Shown: one piece after another, positions 1-14,800 of the stretch
Position numbering within the stretch: the stretch's first letter is position 1
Layout of the letters: each line of letters starts with the position of its first letter
Origin: Lepidodermella squamata
Taxonomy: Eukaryota > Animalia > Gastrotricha
Assembly: GCA_047495785.1 (NCBI GenBank)
Contig: JBLDXI010000002.1
Location: forward strand, 2,418,001-2,482,000
Direction: 5' to 3'
DNA length: 64,000 nt
Translations under genes and position numbers: made by a program
The notes under the pieces: generated by a model
The model's input: the letters and a program-made list of their open reading frames with translations, nothing else
Databases searched by the model: none
Told to the model about the DNA's origin: nothing

Positions 1-991
1 TTGAATGAAATAGTTATAGGACGCAAACTCATGTTGATTTGCGAGGTTTATATCGATTCGAGTTGACCGAATGAATGGCCGATTGAATACAAAGCCGGTT
101 GGCTTCTGTAAAATTTGAAATAGGCCAGTTCGTGTTGACATGGCTTTCCTGGTCTTTTACTACAACCCAGTTGGGTTGGAAACCATTTATTCATTGCCAT
201 TTTTAATCCTGGAGGCCCACGAAGCCTTTAAATTTTTCAAAATTACGGAGTCAATTAAGATGGAGTTTCCACCGATGAGATCCCTTGGAGTTCGCTAACC
301 ACATTAGAATGATGAGCAAAATCAGATAGATTCATGGTCTAGTAACATTCGGTAAATTTAGAGAAATTTGACATGAAAAATGCTCCCGAATAAAAATACG
401 AGAAAAATGACAGAAATTGGGCACAAGTGTCCTCTGATTTAGGAATACGTATTTGGAAAGGCCTCGCACAAAGTAATCGAGCCACATTGGAAAATTGTTG
501 GAAAATCGCACCGAAAGCAAGCACATCTGCTGTGTTAACAATATTTTATTTATTTATTCACATCGCTAAACGTTATCTTTAAGCGCACAGTGGCACTGCG
601 GTTGTTTCCGATTCGTTTCGGGTTTTTATTTCTCATTGAAAATTTAATGAATTATATTATTTGCTAGCACCATTTACCACTATTTATAGGTAATTGTAAT
701 CTGAGATTTCCAATTTCTCTAAAAATTAAAAAAAATAACCACTGGGTTTGTTGGAACTTTTATTGCTTATGCTGATGCATATCTTTATCCTAATACAAGG
801 TAAGTTTCTTCGGGCCTGTAATAATTAAATACAGAGCGATAATGCCAAATAATTTATTTATTAGAATAAATTCTGCATAAATTGACTATCTCAGTCTTGA
901 ATAATAAAGAAGACTGTCATTCATAAAAATCGTAAATATCAGTAAAAATCTCAGCTCTCTGCTCAGCTCGAGATTCTGTCTCAGTGAATCT

Positions 992-3900
992 TCAACCTTC
1001 GCTCCTGTACCTATACGATTCGCACACGGCCAAGTCCGCGCCAGCATCACATCTCACATCATCCAAGTAGTAGCCCTGTGGGAAGGTCTTGAAAGCCGGG
1101 AAGAACCTGTAAACCGCACAATCATCGACATTTTGCGGCTCGTCAGTGCTATCAGTGCCACCCCATTGTCTCGCAGTTGAAAGAGGCTCGAAATTGGTAC
1201 CGTCAATCCACTTCATAGTACCAATTGCAATCGGTACTCGACGCACTCCAATCATGCTTTTAATAGTGCTGTTGGGACGCTGAATAACACTCCTCAACGA
1301 AGTTTGGTCCGCTGGGGATTTAACAGTTGCTAGCTGGCCAAAATTTTGCAAGCAGATTCGCTGAGCCTCTTGAAAATACAATATTTGCTCATTCGGATCA
1401 ACGACGAAGTATCTCTTAGCAGCCTTGACGCAACTCAGTCTATCCGGGAAGTAAATATCGACCGGCACTTGAGTTTCGCTATCCCAACACTCTGAAACAG
1501 AAGAAAAATAATATATTGTTTTCCTAAAAATTCCAATCTCACCCAAAGCTCGGCAAGACACTCTCCCATTCGGTCCGATGCAACGAACGTATCCAGTCTG
1601 TGGAACAATTAAATTTTAGTTATTAATGTAGGTTGAGCCCAAAATACCTGAGGATAAAGATAATTCTCACATATGACGCCAGTAATTCCCTGACTGCAAT
1701 CTTGAAGTTCCAGGTAAAGGTCAGTTAGCGTTTGGTAAAGAGTGGTTTTTCGCAGTTTCGCGCACCATGCCTTTTCATTTCCATCATAATCATAATCGGC
1801 ATTCATTATTGCTGCATATAAAACAACGTTATTAATTAACATTAAGAAATAATTATGCTGAGAAACCTGGAAAAGGTGTCGAACTCAACGACTCGTCAAT
1901 AGCCTTCAAGGGTGAACCATCGACCCATGTAGCTCCACCCAAAGGTTTAGGGTCAATGCCCATCCAAAGCTTTGTATCAACGGGGAAACTTTTGCCTTCG
2001 CGGCGTAGCCTGATCAAATCTGACGAATTTTGAAGTGTTGCCAACTGTCCCCCTCCGATAGCGCAGTAGGACCTCGCATCGGTGAAGTTTGGTGACATTG
2101 CAGTATCAAACGCTGTGTACACCCGTTGTGCCCTCTTGCAGTGATCCAATGTCAGGAAGGCCTGCGCCTTCGGCAGTTGCATCTCAGTTGACGAGCATTC
2201 TTCAAATTTCAGGAATTAATAAGTTGGGCAATTGTTGGTCAGGAAACTTACGATCTGGGGGTAGAACGCATCTGGCGAATCCCGTTCCATTGACGCATCG
2301 AATAACTCCGGCTGTTCGTGCTGAAGTCGTTGAGGAGGACGAGGACGATGACGATGATAAGGATGAAGCAGGTTTCATGGTCTCGCAAATGGCGCTGGAA
2401 ATCACATCTCGGTAAACACATGGAACGTCGTTCATATAGTAATTTTGATTTTCGTTGTAAAACTTGATAGAACCGCAATTATCAGGACCTATAAAATAGA
2501 TATTTATGATGACATATTTACATTGAAAATTGCTTTCTACCATTCGGCTCAGGATCTGCCCAAACTTGGAAACCTTGAGGAAAAGGAGCTCCATCGACCC
2601 ATTCGTATTTGCCCTGATTACGGACAAGACCCGTCCAGCTGCCTGATACGGGCATATTGATTTTGGTGACAGACAAGTTTTGCACCGCCGTCAATTCTTG
2701 CTGAGTAAGGATCGTAACTGGTTGGCCGCCGTCGACATTGCACAATTGGAAAGCGCTTTCGAAAGTGTTGACCTTGATTGATTGATAAACGAAGTAAAGA
2801 TCTTTCACAGCCGATTCACATTCTGCCTGGGTAGCGAATCCGACGCCAAGTGGCATTTGCCTCTCGTTCGCTCCGCTACAACCTTTGAAGCTAAGTTAGA
2901 CGAGCTATTGAAGCGATAAGCGATGACTACCTTCAGCTGTAGGAACGCATCTTTTCCAAGAGCCACCATCCGAATTGACACATCGAACGAAGCCGGTCGC
3001 CTGGAATACAATGGAATGGTTGTCAATATGTATAGTGGTAAGGACCTACCGGGGGATCGTAAGTTTCGCATACAGCAGCAGTGAAAGTTTCCTCACGGTA
3101 ACAGGTATCATCATTGAGGTACATGTCCTTCGGAGCTGAGCCGACCTTATTGAACATAACAAACTCTGTGCACGTTTCCCAACTTTGCCCTAACATCAAG
3201 ATATTAGAATTTAGCGCGAATTCAAGCTATTATACGACAGTCCTGGTACCATTCGGCTCACCGTCACCCCAAAGACCGGGTACGAACTGGTACGGTGAAC
3301 CATCATGATATCGGAATCCATCGTCTGATTTTCCAAGACCAAACCATGCCACGTAAGTTCCCTCGCCGATGAGCCCATTCGCGTGAATGACCCCTCTGAG
3401 TTGTTCCAGCTCAGCTTCACTCTTCACAGTCGCCAGTTGTCCTCCAGCTTCACTGCACCGTTGCCTCGCTGCCGAAAAAACATGTCATTTCATGCGATGT
3501 GCCGTTTTTACGCCTACCTGCGTCAAAGCTATCAATATAGTTCAGATCATCATTAACAGCAAAGAATCGTTTCACGGCTCCATCGCAGTCGGATTTCGAA
3601 GAAAATGACTTCGTTGGCGGCATCTGGTAAGAGCTGTCACCGCACCCATCTAAAATCCAGTATAACGGATCAACAGGTCATGGATTCATTCCGAGCATAC
3701 CAGCAGATGATTTAGGCACACAGCTAACTGCCCCGTTCGTGATGTTAATACACCGAATATGTTCGACGTTGGTATTGGTTTGCGGCGCCTTCACCTCTAC
3801 ACCAAAAGTTTCGCAGATCGTACCTCTGCCTGGCGAGGCTTTGTCTGCGACGTTGACCATGCCAGAGCGCGTGTAAATAGCCCTTGGATATTGACTCGCA

Positions 3901-6900
3901 GGTTGGATAGGAGCGCCACTTTGCCAATTTGCGTATGTCACTTTTTCGTCATCAATCCAAAAGTAAGTAGCAAGAAGGTATGTTACCCCAACCCAGCCAA
4001 CATCCAGGCCTTCCTTAGCCATCACATCCAACAGCATTTGATGCTCGTCCGAATTTTTGACAGTCGCCAGTTGACCATTTGCGCCCAGGCATAAATCGTT
4101 TGCTTGACTAAACGTCCCAACGCTCTGACCAGTCGGTGGCTTTATCACGAAGTAAGACTTCTTGGCATTCTGGCAATCTGACTCTGTAAGAAATAAGCGT
4201 TTTGGGGGCATCTGCCTGTTCCAGGAATCAGCGCAACCTGAAAAAGTATAATGAAATCATCATTAGGCAACAGCTTTCTGTCACGAAACTGTTAATATTG
4301 CCAAGGAAGCAAGTCACAGCACCGCCTGTACTCGCGCGAATACAGCGACGCCATCCAATCTTTTCAAAATTCAAATGATTAAATCAGGCTTTATTTCAGT
4401 TTAGAAGTCGCTTACGAAATTGATACAATCAACATAATTTGGTTCGAAATATCTCGATCGATTAAACACTGCCATCTAAACATGAAAAATGCCTTTCCTA
4501 GGCCAAGTCAGAGAAATTGGAGACACATACCTCAGTCTCAGTTTGAGCATCACAAACATCGTCAGAGCACCGGAAGGTTCCGTCTTTTTTGGCGCAATAC
4601 CTAGCTACCTATTTGGTTGGAAATTGAATGACTACACATGAGTTAGGAATTCGTCGACTGGCTTACTCCAAGAGTGCACTTTTCAATGCTACTGTAAACC
4701 GTGTTGCTCAGCGTTCTCTATGTGTAGGAGGAAAGCAGCCTTCCAAGAGTTGGAAAATGTGGACAGGACTTACATAGCCCGGCGAGCATCCAGGTGTTTT
4801 TGGGACGCAGCTTGGATCCCTTCGATCTGCGTCAACGCATCGTATTATCTCAACCTGAAATATTAATCAAGCGTGAGAACAATTCCCTATGGGTGATCTC
4901 AACCTACGTTTGCCTTGCAAACTTGGAGAGCGCGGCTGTAGTTTTCCTCCAGATCGTTAAAGCTGTCGAAAACTTCGATCTAGTAAAAGATAGATTGAAA
5001 ATCGAGCCTGATAACAGTTATCCTCTCATTTTACCGAGGTGCCCTTGTAGCAGTTGTAAGTAGAAACTGCGTATTCATTCGTAGCACTGTTGAAGCAACA
5101 CATAGCGGTCTAAAAATTAATACTCAAAATTGCAATAATTTAATTGATTGCCATACCCCTGTTTGACACAGATCCAACGTCTGGAAGTATTGAAGCGAGG
5201 CCGCAGGATCTAAAGGGGTGAGCTGTAATCCAAAAAATATATCCACATTGACGGGACTACAAAACGGCTTTTACATCTACAGCGCCGAGATTGCTACAGC
5301 CGGGTGACATCCGTTGACAACCTTTGAACTGACGGGTGCTAGGATCAATGCAGCGGGTGAAAGGCGCTGAAAAATGCATATTTTACTCACTCTTTACAAG
5401 GATTCAATAGGAACTAACTGCAGTCGGGTAGTAAGCATTGGTCAGTTTTATCGATGCTAGTATAGCAATAAGCGACTTTCTGACCCTCTGGGTTGCGGCA
5501 AGTAGCGGCCGATGGAAGCACTGCGCCTCCGGGAAACAACAGAGGGCTCAGGTTTGTTTTCATCGTCCACGAAATGCAAGGATCCGCACGGGCAGTGGTA
5601 GCCATGGAACCTTCGTAGTCGTAACCAGTGTTCGTGAACGTACACTCCTTAGTTAAACGCGTTGCCCTTTGAGCCCCGCAAGTCGCGTAGGCGACCATAT
5701 AAAACGATATAGTAGCTGTCGAGGGGTCAGGATAGAGTTGCTGGTTGTGATGCAGCGTCATAACAACCCATTTAGAGTTAGTCTCAAACAATCGACCAGC
5801 CTTGACGGAGCTCAAACAGATCCTGTAAAAACCACAATATTGAACGTTACTCAAATTAATTCTAGGCTCACTTATTTTTAGGCTCGGCGAAATTTGGTGG
5901 CGCTCTTATTTCAACGTAGCTCCAGCAACCATTTTCTATCAGAAAATGCAACCGAAATTAACTAAAATTAAACTCAAAGGAGTTAGGGCGAACCATCACC
6001 CCCGAGTTCGGGAGATCTCTCCAGCGCGAAAACCAAGCCGGTGCCAGTGGTTGACACGTTCCAGTAGCATTCGCCACTGTTGTAGATACCGGAGCCAACG
6101 AAAATTCGGCTTTTACCACAGGGTGGGACTTGAACCGATCCGCCGCAGTTCGGTAAGGACGGAGGCATGGTGTCACAGTTCGGGGCGGAGAATCCGCGGG
6201 GACATAGGCACGTCGAGCAAGTGCTAGGGTTCATGTAGCCGTTGTTCTCGCACTTGATATCTGTAGCTCCGCATCTCAACGCTTAAAAAATAGCCAGAAA
6301 AATTATTGGTTAAATATTAATAAATGATAAATAATCGAAAAATTCAGATAATGTTAATAAATTTATTAACTAAATTAATTATAATTATTAATTAATTAAT
6401 AGATTTATTAATAATTAATTATAATTATTATATTAAATAACACTTGAAAATCGGGCAATACAAGCTTTCAACTATTTTTTCGAACGTCCAAGCTATTACC
6501 AAATCGATTCGTATTTTAGAAAAAATTATTTTCTGTTTTGCGGGTTCCCATAAAAGTCAAGGAAAAGCAATCGATTTCACAGACTTGCCTTTGCAATTAT
6601 AGTGGAGATTTATTTTTTGAAAGTCAATGAAAGAGATGAATTGTGTTTGACCAAGGTTGTATTGAAGACGAGGATCTACTGTCGTGATAGTCGGCTTGTT
6701 TGGCGTGCTTTTCCAGAACCAACTAGGATGGGTACTCGACTCTGTATCGTAGCTTGTGCCGTAGTTGTTGTCGTTCGGATCAATAGCGAACAGCGCAGCC
6801 GAAGATCTATTTTTTGCAATTAAAAGCGTGAGAATGATTCAGAAAAAATTTGCTCACGCAGGGACATTTGCCGTTTGCACAGAAACATATGTATCTCGAT

Positions 6901-7549
6901 CAGTTCTGACATGCTCATAATTCTGAAATTTTTACAGAAATTAAGCGTCCTTTTAGGGTGGGGAAAATAGGCGAGCGTACCAGCCCCAATGCTCGGCCAA
7001 TCAAGGCTGAAATCTGCGGAACCTAGTAATTAGGAAAAAATTAAATTAATTCCCAACATTGAATTTCGAATTTATTTACGCTCGTCATGCATGACTGACC
7101 CAAAATGACGTAGTTAGGAGGCGCCGTCATGCCAACTTTTGCGAAGCACCTGGGTATATGAAGATAAATTCAAAATTCAAAATATTTTACGAATTTTCGT
7201 TACTCTTGGCCTAGCGTGAATATCATCACGTTTGGCGTTGTGATATCGAATTCTGGAGACCACGTGTCGGGTAGTGGAGTAAAAACTATGCACGTTGATT
7301 TGGACCAAATAGTCATCGCAATTTTTATGTTGTTGACGTAACGACTAGCTTGAACCCGCCAAAATCGATCGCAGGGACAATTTATAAATTTAGACAATTT
7401 AGACAATTTAGCTCACCCAAGTTTGTAGTATCGATAATGTAGTTCACAGTTGCGTTAGGCCATAAGCCAGCTGACCGGGGAATTCCATCTACTCCGCAAT
7501 GGCAACACAGTCCAATGACGATAAGAACTCCAATCGCAGAAATTTTCAT
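992..7549 (-). CDS. Secreted mosaic protein paralogue 1 (multi-exon): signal peptide, inactive astacin-like domain, EGF, CUB, kringle, Cys modules, 5 C-type lectin domains
   Basis: ATG at 7549 (MKISAIGVLIVIGLCCHCGVDG|IPRSAGLWPNATVNYII). Astacin-like exons include ALIGRALGL|NYEHVRTDRD and YDTESSTHP. EGF: CENNGYMNPSTCSTCLCPRGFSAPNC. CUB: CGGSV...CYWNV...CWSYVEIR. Kringle: YDYEGSMATT...CISW...CRNPEG...YCYT. Five CTLDs (C...GQLATV...W.DG...EPN/EPQ...C...D..C...CE). GT-AG introns; stop at 992. Confidence 0.88.
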
Positions 7550-8814
7550 CGCAAAATCTCCCATAAATTTTATGAATTTCCGCATTATATCGAATGGCCG
7601 GTCAACTTGTTTTTGTGAAATTTTGTTATTCGCGCAATGAAATGGCACGTGTCGTTCATAAAAACTTACAAAAACTTTGAAAAAAACAGTACTCTGGGAG
7701 CGTGCCTACTAGATGAGACGTTTTTGGCGTTTTGGCTGATCAGGAGAATCGTAATTTATGAATCAAATCTTGAGGTCAAGCTTTTCCACATTTATAGCCT
7801 CGCCACTATTTTTTTTATTACATGAAGTATATATTTTTTGGATAGTGCAAGCGAGCAAAAATTTCGTAGTGCTAATTGCGCATTTATTTCGCGGTTATCA
7901 GTGCTGCGCCAGGGTTTTGGTGGGTTTATTTATCAGAAATAAAAATGTGGCAATATTTGCAATTTTCAATTTTGTTGCTTGGAAATGAACAAGACTACAA
8001 ATTTTTACGTTTTTATGGCGACCGGCTACCCGGGCCACTTCGGTCATTACTGACCTCATTCACATTTTTTACTGTTAGACTGATCGGAATTAAGTCGAAA
8101 ATCGTTCTATTAATTTTTTCTTTGTTCTCAATCATAAACCAAATCAATGAGCATTATGAGCGACCCGTAAAGATTAAAACCGAAATTTTTGCCAAAATTA
8201 CGTGATTTTCCATTTAAACCAGCCAGACCAAATTTACGGTGAGCGTGACCAAATTTTGCTAATTGGAACTAAATTTCAGATTATTCTAGCGACCTGAAGT
8301 AACTTTTCGGAGATTTCTTGCGGGTCAAAATAGACCGCAATTATTCGAAAAAAATCACTATTAAATTCAACACTTAACTTTTCCACATGACATAGTGTTC
8401 AACTCAAAACTCGTGCTTCGTCGGAAATTAGTAGAAATATTATAAAATAGCAGCGGTGTTTCACGGCCTTTGATTCCAAATCGATTCTCCAAAGCGTAGA
8501 TATTTGCCGAAATCTGCTACAATCACAATCGAAGACTGAAAATGAGAGAATAACCGGCAACCCAAAAATATTGTGTAATTACCGGCGCTTTCAACTTGAA
8601 AGGACTTGGAATTAACCAGTTATAGCTTATAGCTACGATCTTGAAAATGTGTTCGATAAATCTTTATTGAAATCGATAAATCACAAAATATACGCACGAA
8701 AAAAATATGTTTAAAGCTCAATACATTAGTGGATATCGGACAATTTTATCAAGCATCAATGTCACATAAATTAACCAGGAGACTTTTCGAATTAAATCTC
8801 ATTCTTTGTTTCGC

Positions 8815-11800
8815 TTAACCACCATAGTTGCCACTTGACCCTTTCGATTTGCTATAAGTCTCGCATACGATCACGTCTGCTACGCAGGCGCTGTCGTCGA
8901 GGTAGTAGCCCTGCGGGAAGGTCTTGAACGCTGGGTAAAACTTGTACACCCCGCAATCGCCGTTGCCTTGCGGCTCGTCAACTGCATCAGTCCCGCCCCA
9001 TTGCCTTTCGGGGCTAATTGTTTTGAAATCGGAGCCGTCAACCCAAATGCCCGCGGTCGTACCCGCAACTCTGCGCAATCCGATCAGGCCAGAAGGAGCG
9101 TTGGGGAAGCGTTGAAGAGCAATTCGCAACGCATTTTGCTCCGTTCCAGTCTTAACAGTTGCAAGCTGGCCGTAATTTTCCAAGCAGATACGCTGGCCAT
9201 CATCGTAAGAACGTATAGTCTGATTCAAATTAACTACGATGTATCTCTTCTCAAGGTTCCAGCAGGTAGTTCTGTCCGTGTAAAACGTATCAACCGGAAC
9301 TTGGGTTTCGCCAGGTACACAAGCTGAAATGAAAATTCGAAAACTATGATTCAAAAAACATCAAAAATTGATACTTGAGAGTCTGCAAGTAACTCTTCCA
9401 CCAGCGCCTACGCATCTGACGTATCCATCCTAAGCATATGAATCAATTTTAGCCATGTCAAAGCCATGTGTAGAGTACCCGAGGAAACAGAATGTTTTCG
9501 CAAATGAGACCGGCGAATCGTTGGTTACACATTGACATCTGGGAGTAGAAGTTGAACACGCGATCAGGTATTACAGCGTAGAACATTGCCGCGCAAGCCG
9601 TCTGGCCTGAGAAGTAATATAACGGCTTCATTTTTCCGATAAATAATTGTAAAAACCTGAGAAATTCGGATTCCCATCAATTAGAGCCTGTTGAGGTGTA
9701 CCATCGAGCCACTTGAGAGCGGATGGGGGACTAGGAGCCAAGCCGATCCAGTGCGCCGAGCCGATGGGAACTGTAAATTTCTCGCGGCGAAGTCTGACCA
9801 AGTCAGACGCAGTAGGAACAATTGCCAACATCCCGTCTCCCGCAGCACAGTGTGCCTTGGCTTCTTCAAACGATCGCGACATAGCGGTATTCACCACAGT
9901 GTACACACGCTGGGCCCTCATGCAGTGGTCAATCGTTAGAAAACGCTGTGATCTGGGCAGCTGCATCTCATTAGAGGCGCAGGCTTAAAGATGAAACAAT
10001 AACGTTGACAGAGATATCGAAGATGCAAACTAACTATTGGGCGCTACGACGCATCGAGCGGACCCAGTTGAATTGTCAACACATCGGATGACGCCAAGTG
10101 ATGAAGACGAAGACGATGAGGATGATGTCGAGCTTGTGGCAGGTTTCATCGTTTCGCAAAGCGCAGCGGAGAAGAAGTTTTTCAGCACACATGGGACGTC
10201 GTTCAGGGCGTATTCGGCATTGTAGAGTTGCAAACCGCCGCAGCTATCAGGACCTATGAATAAGGAGTAAACTCTGGGAGTTAATTATTATTAACGTACC
10301 GTTAGGCTCAGAGGGGCCCCAAATGCTGAAAGCTTGGCTGAAAGGAGCTCCATCGACCCAGCGGTATTCGCCATCCTGGGGTCGCGTTAGTCCAAGCCAT
10401 CCCGGCCTCTGAACGTTGGCGTCGGCGGTTACGAAGTCTCGCAAGGCTATCAGTTGACTCTGATCTAGAACAGTAGCTGGCTGGCCACCTGCAGCGTTAC
10501 ACAATTGAAAAGCGGCCTCGAAAGAGTTGGGCGTGAAATCATTTGACACAGTGTAAAACTCCTTAACGGCAGCTTCACAATCCGCCTGGGTAGGGTAACT
10601 AACATCCAGAGGCATCTGTCTCTCAATTGGTCCGATACAACCTGTGATGAGACAAATTAATTCGCTCTAGTCATTTCAAATCAAGCTCGTCATCACCTTG
10701 ATTAACATCAACGCACTTCTTCCATGCATCATCTTGCGGGTTCACACATCGTACAAATCCCTTCGCCTGAAGAACATTATGACAATTGTCGTAATAATAA
10801 TGATAAATGTCATAAAATGAAGGAAACCAACCGGGGGATCATATGTTTCGCAGAGAGCTGCGCTGAAATGGGAACCGTGTTCGCAGGTATCATCATTTAG
10901 ATAGACATTTCTCGGAGTCGAGTCCGTTGGTTCGAAAATGGCGAACTGGGTGCAAGCCTCTCCACTTCCACCTATAAAGTCATATACCTCACAAGTTATT
11001 TCAGTCGACCATCAAGGGCTTAAAGCTACTTGCCATTAGGCTCATTCGGGCCCCAGAGACCAGGGACAGCTGTGAAGGCTGAACCGTCATGCCATTTTAA
11101 TTCACCACTGGCAGATTTTACGAGACCGAACCAAGCCACGTACGTCCCTTCACCAATCAACCCGTTTGCGAAAATAGCTCGCCTGGCGTTCTTCAACTCA
11201 GCCTCACTCTTCACCGTCGCCAGCTGCCCACCAGCGTTCCTGCAGCGTAGTTTTGCTTTTAAGAATAAAACAAAGTTGAAATGTCATCAGCATACCAGGA
11301 TAGCTATAGATTACCTTGATCGAGATTCTGAATGTTTTGAAAATCATCATTTATTGCGAAGAACCGTTTAACAGCGCCGTCGCAATCATCTTTATTTGCG
11401 AATGATTTTTGCGCTGGGACTTGATTGGAATTACCGCATCCTAAGGAAATTCAACAAAATTAGACATATAAAATAAGAACATTCCCGATATTTTCACCAG
11501 TAGATTTCGGCACACAGCTAACCGTTCCGGCCAAGCTGTCAACGCATCGGACATGTTCAACATTGGCATTATTGGGTTGCTTAACCTGCTCAAATCTTAT
11601 CGTGAATGAAATTATGCTAAGAAATAGCTTTCAAGTAGATAACCTCATCACCGAATGTTTCGCAAATCGCTCCTCTGCCTATTACATTAACCTTCTCGGA
11701 ATTCGATAGGCCGGATTGTGTGTATATGCCGTAAGGGTAACGGTCGACTGGCTGCAAAGGACTGCCACCTTGCCAAATGGGGATCGAGAGTAGCTCGCCG

Positions 11801-14800
11801 TCGTTCCAAATAAAAGTAGAACCACTGTATAATACCAGCCCAACCCAGCCATCTGTCAGGCCCTGCTTATACATCAAATCCTGCAACGCCATGTTCTCGT
11901 CCTGGCTCTTTACAGTCGCCAAATCACCGTTGGCGATACGGCAAAGTTCTCTCGCTTGCTCCCAGGTGCCCACGCTTTGCCCGGCCGGTGGTTTTACCAC
12001 AAAAAATGACTTCGTAGCGTTTTCACAATCTGATTTTGTGAGGAATATGCGCCTTCGAGGAACTCGCGCAGATTCGAGGCATGCTGCAAGTAAAAATTAA
12101 GCGTCACTAACATTCAGGCGATAGTGGAATCTCCAAACCGTCATAATTTGCTGTACGGCAACTAGCGGAGGGCTTCAGCCCCACTATTACACAGCGAACC
12201 CAACCAACCTTTCCAGAATAGAAAAGTGAAATAAAAACGATAATATTGAATCGATTCGCCTACAAAGTTGATGCACGCTCCGTAATTCAGGTCAAAAAAT
12301 CTCTCTTGATTGAAGACTACCGCCTGTGGAAAACGTTCTCAATGATTAGAGCCATTGATTGTAGCAGGCTAACCTCTGTCTCAGTTTGGCCGTCGCAAGC
12401 ATCTTCAGTGCACCGGAAGGTTCCGTCATTTTTGGCGCAATACCTTGCAATCTATTATAGTGAAAAGAGAAGATCATCTATAAAATAAACGAGTTTTCAT
12501 GTTGAGCTTACGCCAAGAGAGCACTGATCGAGGCTACTGTAGACATCCCTGCTCAATTCCATCTGTAATTTAGAGATAGTGATTATATAACATGTTCAAG
12601 TTGATAGCTTACAGAGCCCGGCGGGCACCCTGTTGCCTTAGGAACGCATGCGGGGTTTCTTTGATTGGCATCAATACATCGTACCAAGTCGACCTGTAAT
12701 CAACGCACTGAACCGCTTAAAAATTGGCAAACTCGCCATGAATATCAACCCACATTTGGCTTGCAGACCTTTAGGGCCGCATTGTAGTTGTCGTCAAGAT
12801 AGGGAGAACTGTCATAAACTGCCACCTGTAAAATTGCAAACAAGAACTCCATCGAATAACTCTTTGCATGGGTTTATACTGTGTTGTAATTGGAGCAGCC
12901 GTAACTTCCTGGAGCCACTACGTATTCATTTGTAGCATTGTTGTGGCAACAAAGAGCAGTCTGCAATAGCAGGAATTCGTGAAAGCGCAATTTTGAGGCA
13001 TATTAAACCTACCCCTTTTTCGCAGATATCCAAAGTCTGGAAAGTTAGTACCCGAGTCGCAGGGTTAATCGGAGTGATCTTTATATAAGGGATTAAAATA
13101 TGTTCTGGCATTTCCTTCGTTTATAACTTACTTCGACCAACGGCTTCTTCTCATTGCCGCTACACCCAGGTACAACCATTACACAGCCAGCGAACGACCG
13201 AGTGTTTGGGTCAATGCATCGACTATAAGGAGCTGTGATGTCATTCATAAGGTCATTAAAGATTCGGCAGATTAAATCAAAACTAACTGCACTTAGGAAC
13301 TATGCATCGGCCTGTTGTACTGGTGTCGTTGTAACAATAGGGAAACGTTTTTCCCTCTGGGTTGCGGCACGCTGCCCCAGACGCTTGCAGGTCGCCCTTA
13401 GGGAAGAGCAGCGGGTCCAAATTAGTCCTCGACCATGACATACAAGCTTGGCCACGGGTCGCCCTAGCCATCGAACCTTCGTAATCGAGGCCAGTCGACG
13501 TAAATGCGCATTCCTTCGTCAGAGATGACACCCTCTGGCTTCCGCAAGTCGCGTAAACGGTCATAGTGAACCCGATTGAAGCTGCGGCTGGATTTTGGTA
13601 AAGTTGCGGGTTGTGGTACAGCATCATCACAGCCCAATTGTTGTCCGTCTGAAACAAACGGCCGGCTCTGATTGTGATGTTGCAGATCCTAAAAAAACAA
13701 CGATGATCACACGCCAGTAGTTTGGCTGGAAAATGGGCGCACTTGTTCATGGGGTTAGAGAAAGGTTTCGATCTTATCTCTAGGTAACTCCAGCAGCCAT
13801 CGTACTCTATAAACAAAGGCCCAATTTTCGAACAAATAATGGAAAAATAGTTGGCAGTGGCTTACGAGCTCCGCCGAGGTTGGGCAAATTCTCCAGAGCG
13901 AAAACCATTCCGGTGCCTTTTGTGGTTACGTTCCAGAAGCACGCGCCTTGGCCGTAAACGCCTGGAGTTAAAGAAATTTGAGCTGTCCCGCAAGGCGGGA
14001 CATCGACTATTCCACCGCAATTTGGTATCGTTGAATCGGCCAGTCGCTCGCAGTACGTGCCGGCGAACCCAGGCGGACAGTTGCACGAGGTACACGTGCT
14101 GGGATTCATGTAACCGTTGTTTTGGCAGTCCATCTCAGCTCCCCCGCATTTCAAAGCTGAAATTAAAGTGGTTGAGAATTTTTCAATGAAATGATTAAAC
14201 CGAGTGCCATTTTGTAGATAATTTCGAATGTTCTCCAAGTGAAATTCTGCTAACTATATTCATGCCAACATTTTCCCGCGATTAATGACTCCCGGGGGAT
14301 CTTGTTGATCATCTTAAATTTATAATCGCTCAAACTTAAAAAATTTCCCTCACGTGTCTCCGATGATGAAATGTATGCCAAATGCCTTTTGATTTGATTT
14401 AAAGGGTAACTAAAACTTCCGAAATTCAATACTTTGCGAACAATTTAGCAAAAAGCTGGAGGACGCCCATTTTTTTTAAATATTATCGAATGTTATTATT
14501 TACCTTTGCAATGATAATGTAGATTTATCTTCTGAAAATCGACGAAAGAGATGAATTGAGTTTGACCAAGAGTATGCAGCATGCGCGGATCCTTCGTCTT
14601 CAATGTCGGCTTGTCCCTATCGGTTTGCCAAGCCCACCAACCAGGATGCGAGCTAGACTCATAGTCATAGGGCGTATCGTAGTTGTTGTCGTCCCTATCT
14701 ATGTTGAACAACGCTGCATCCTCCCTTTTGATCAAAAATCAAGGTAATCAAAACAGTTCAGATATTTTCGACTAACGGTTCGGTATTCTCTTGTATCACT

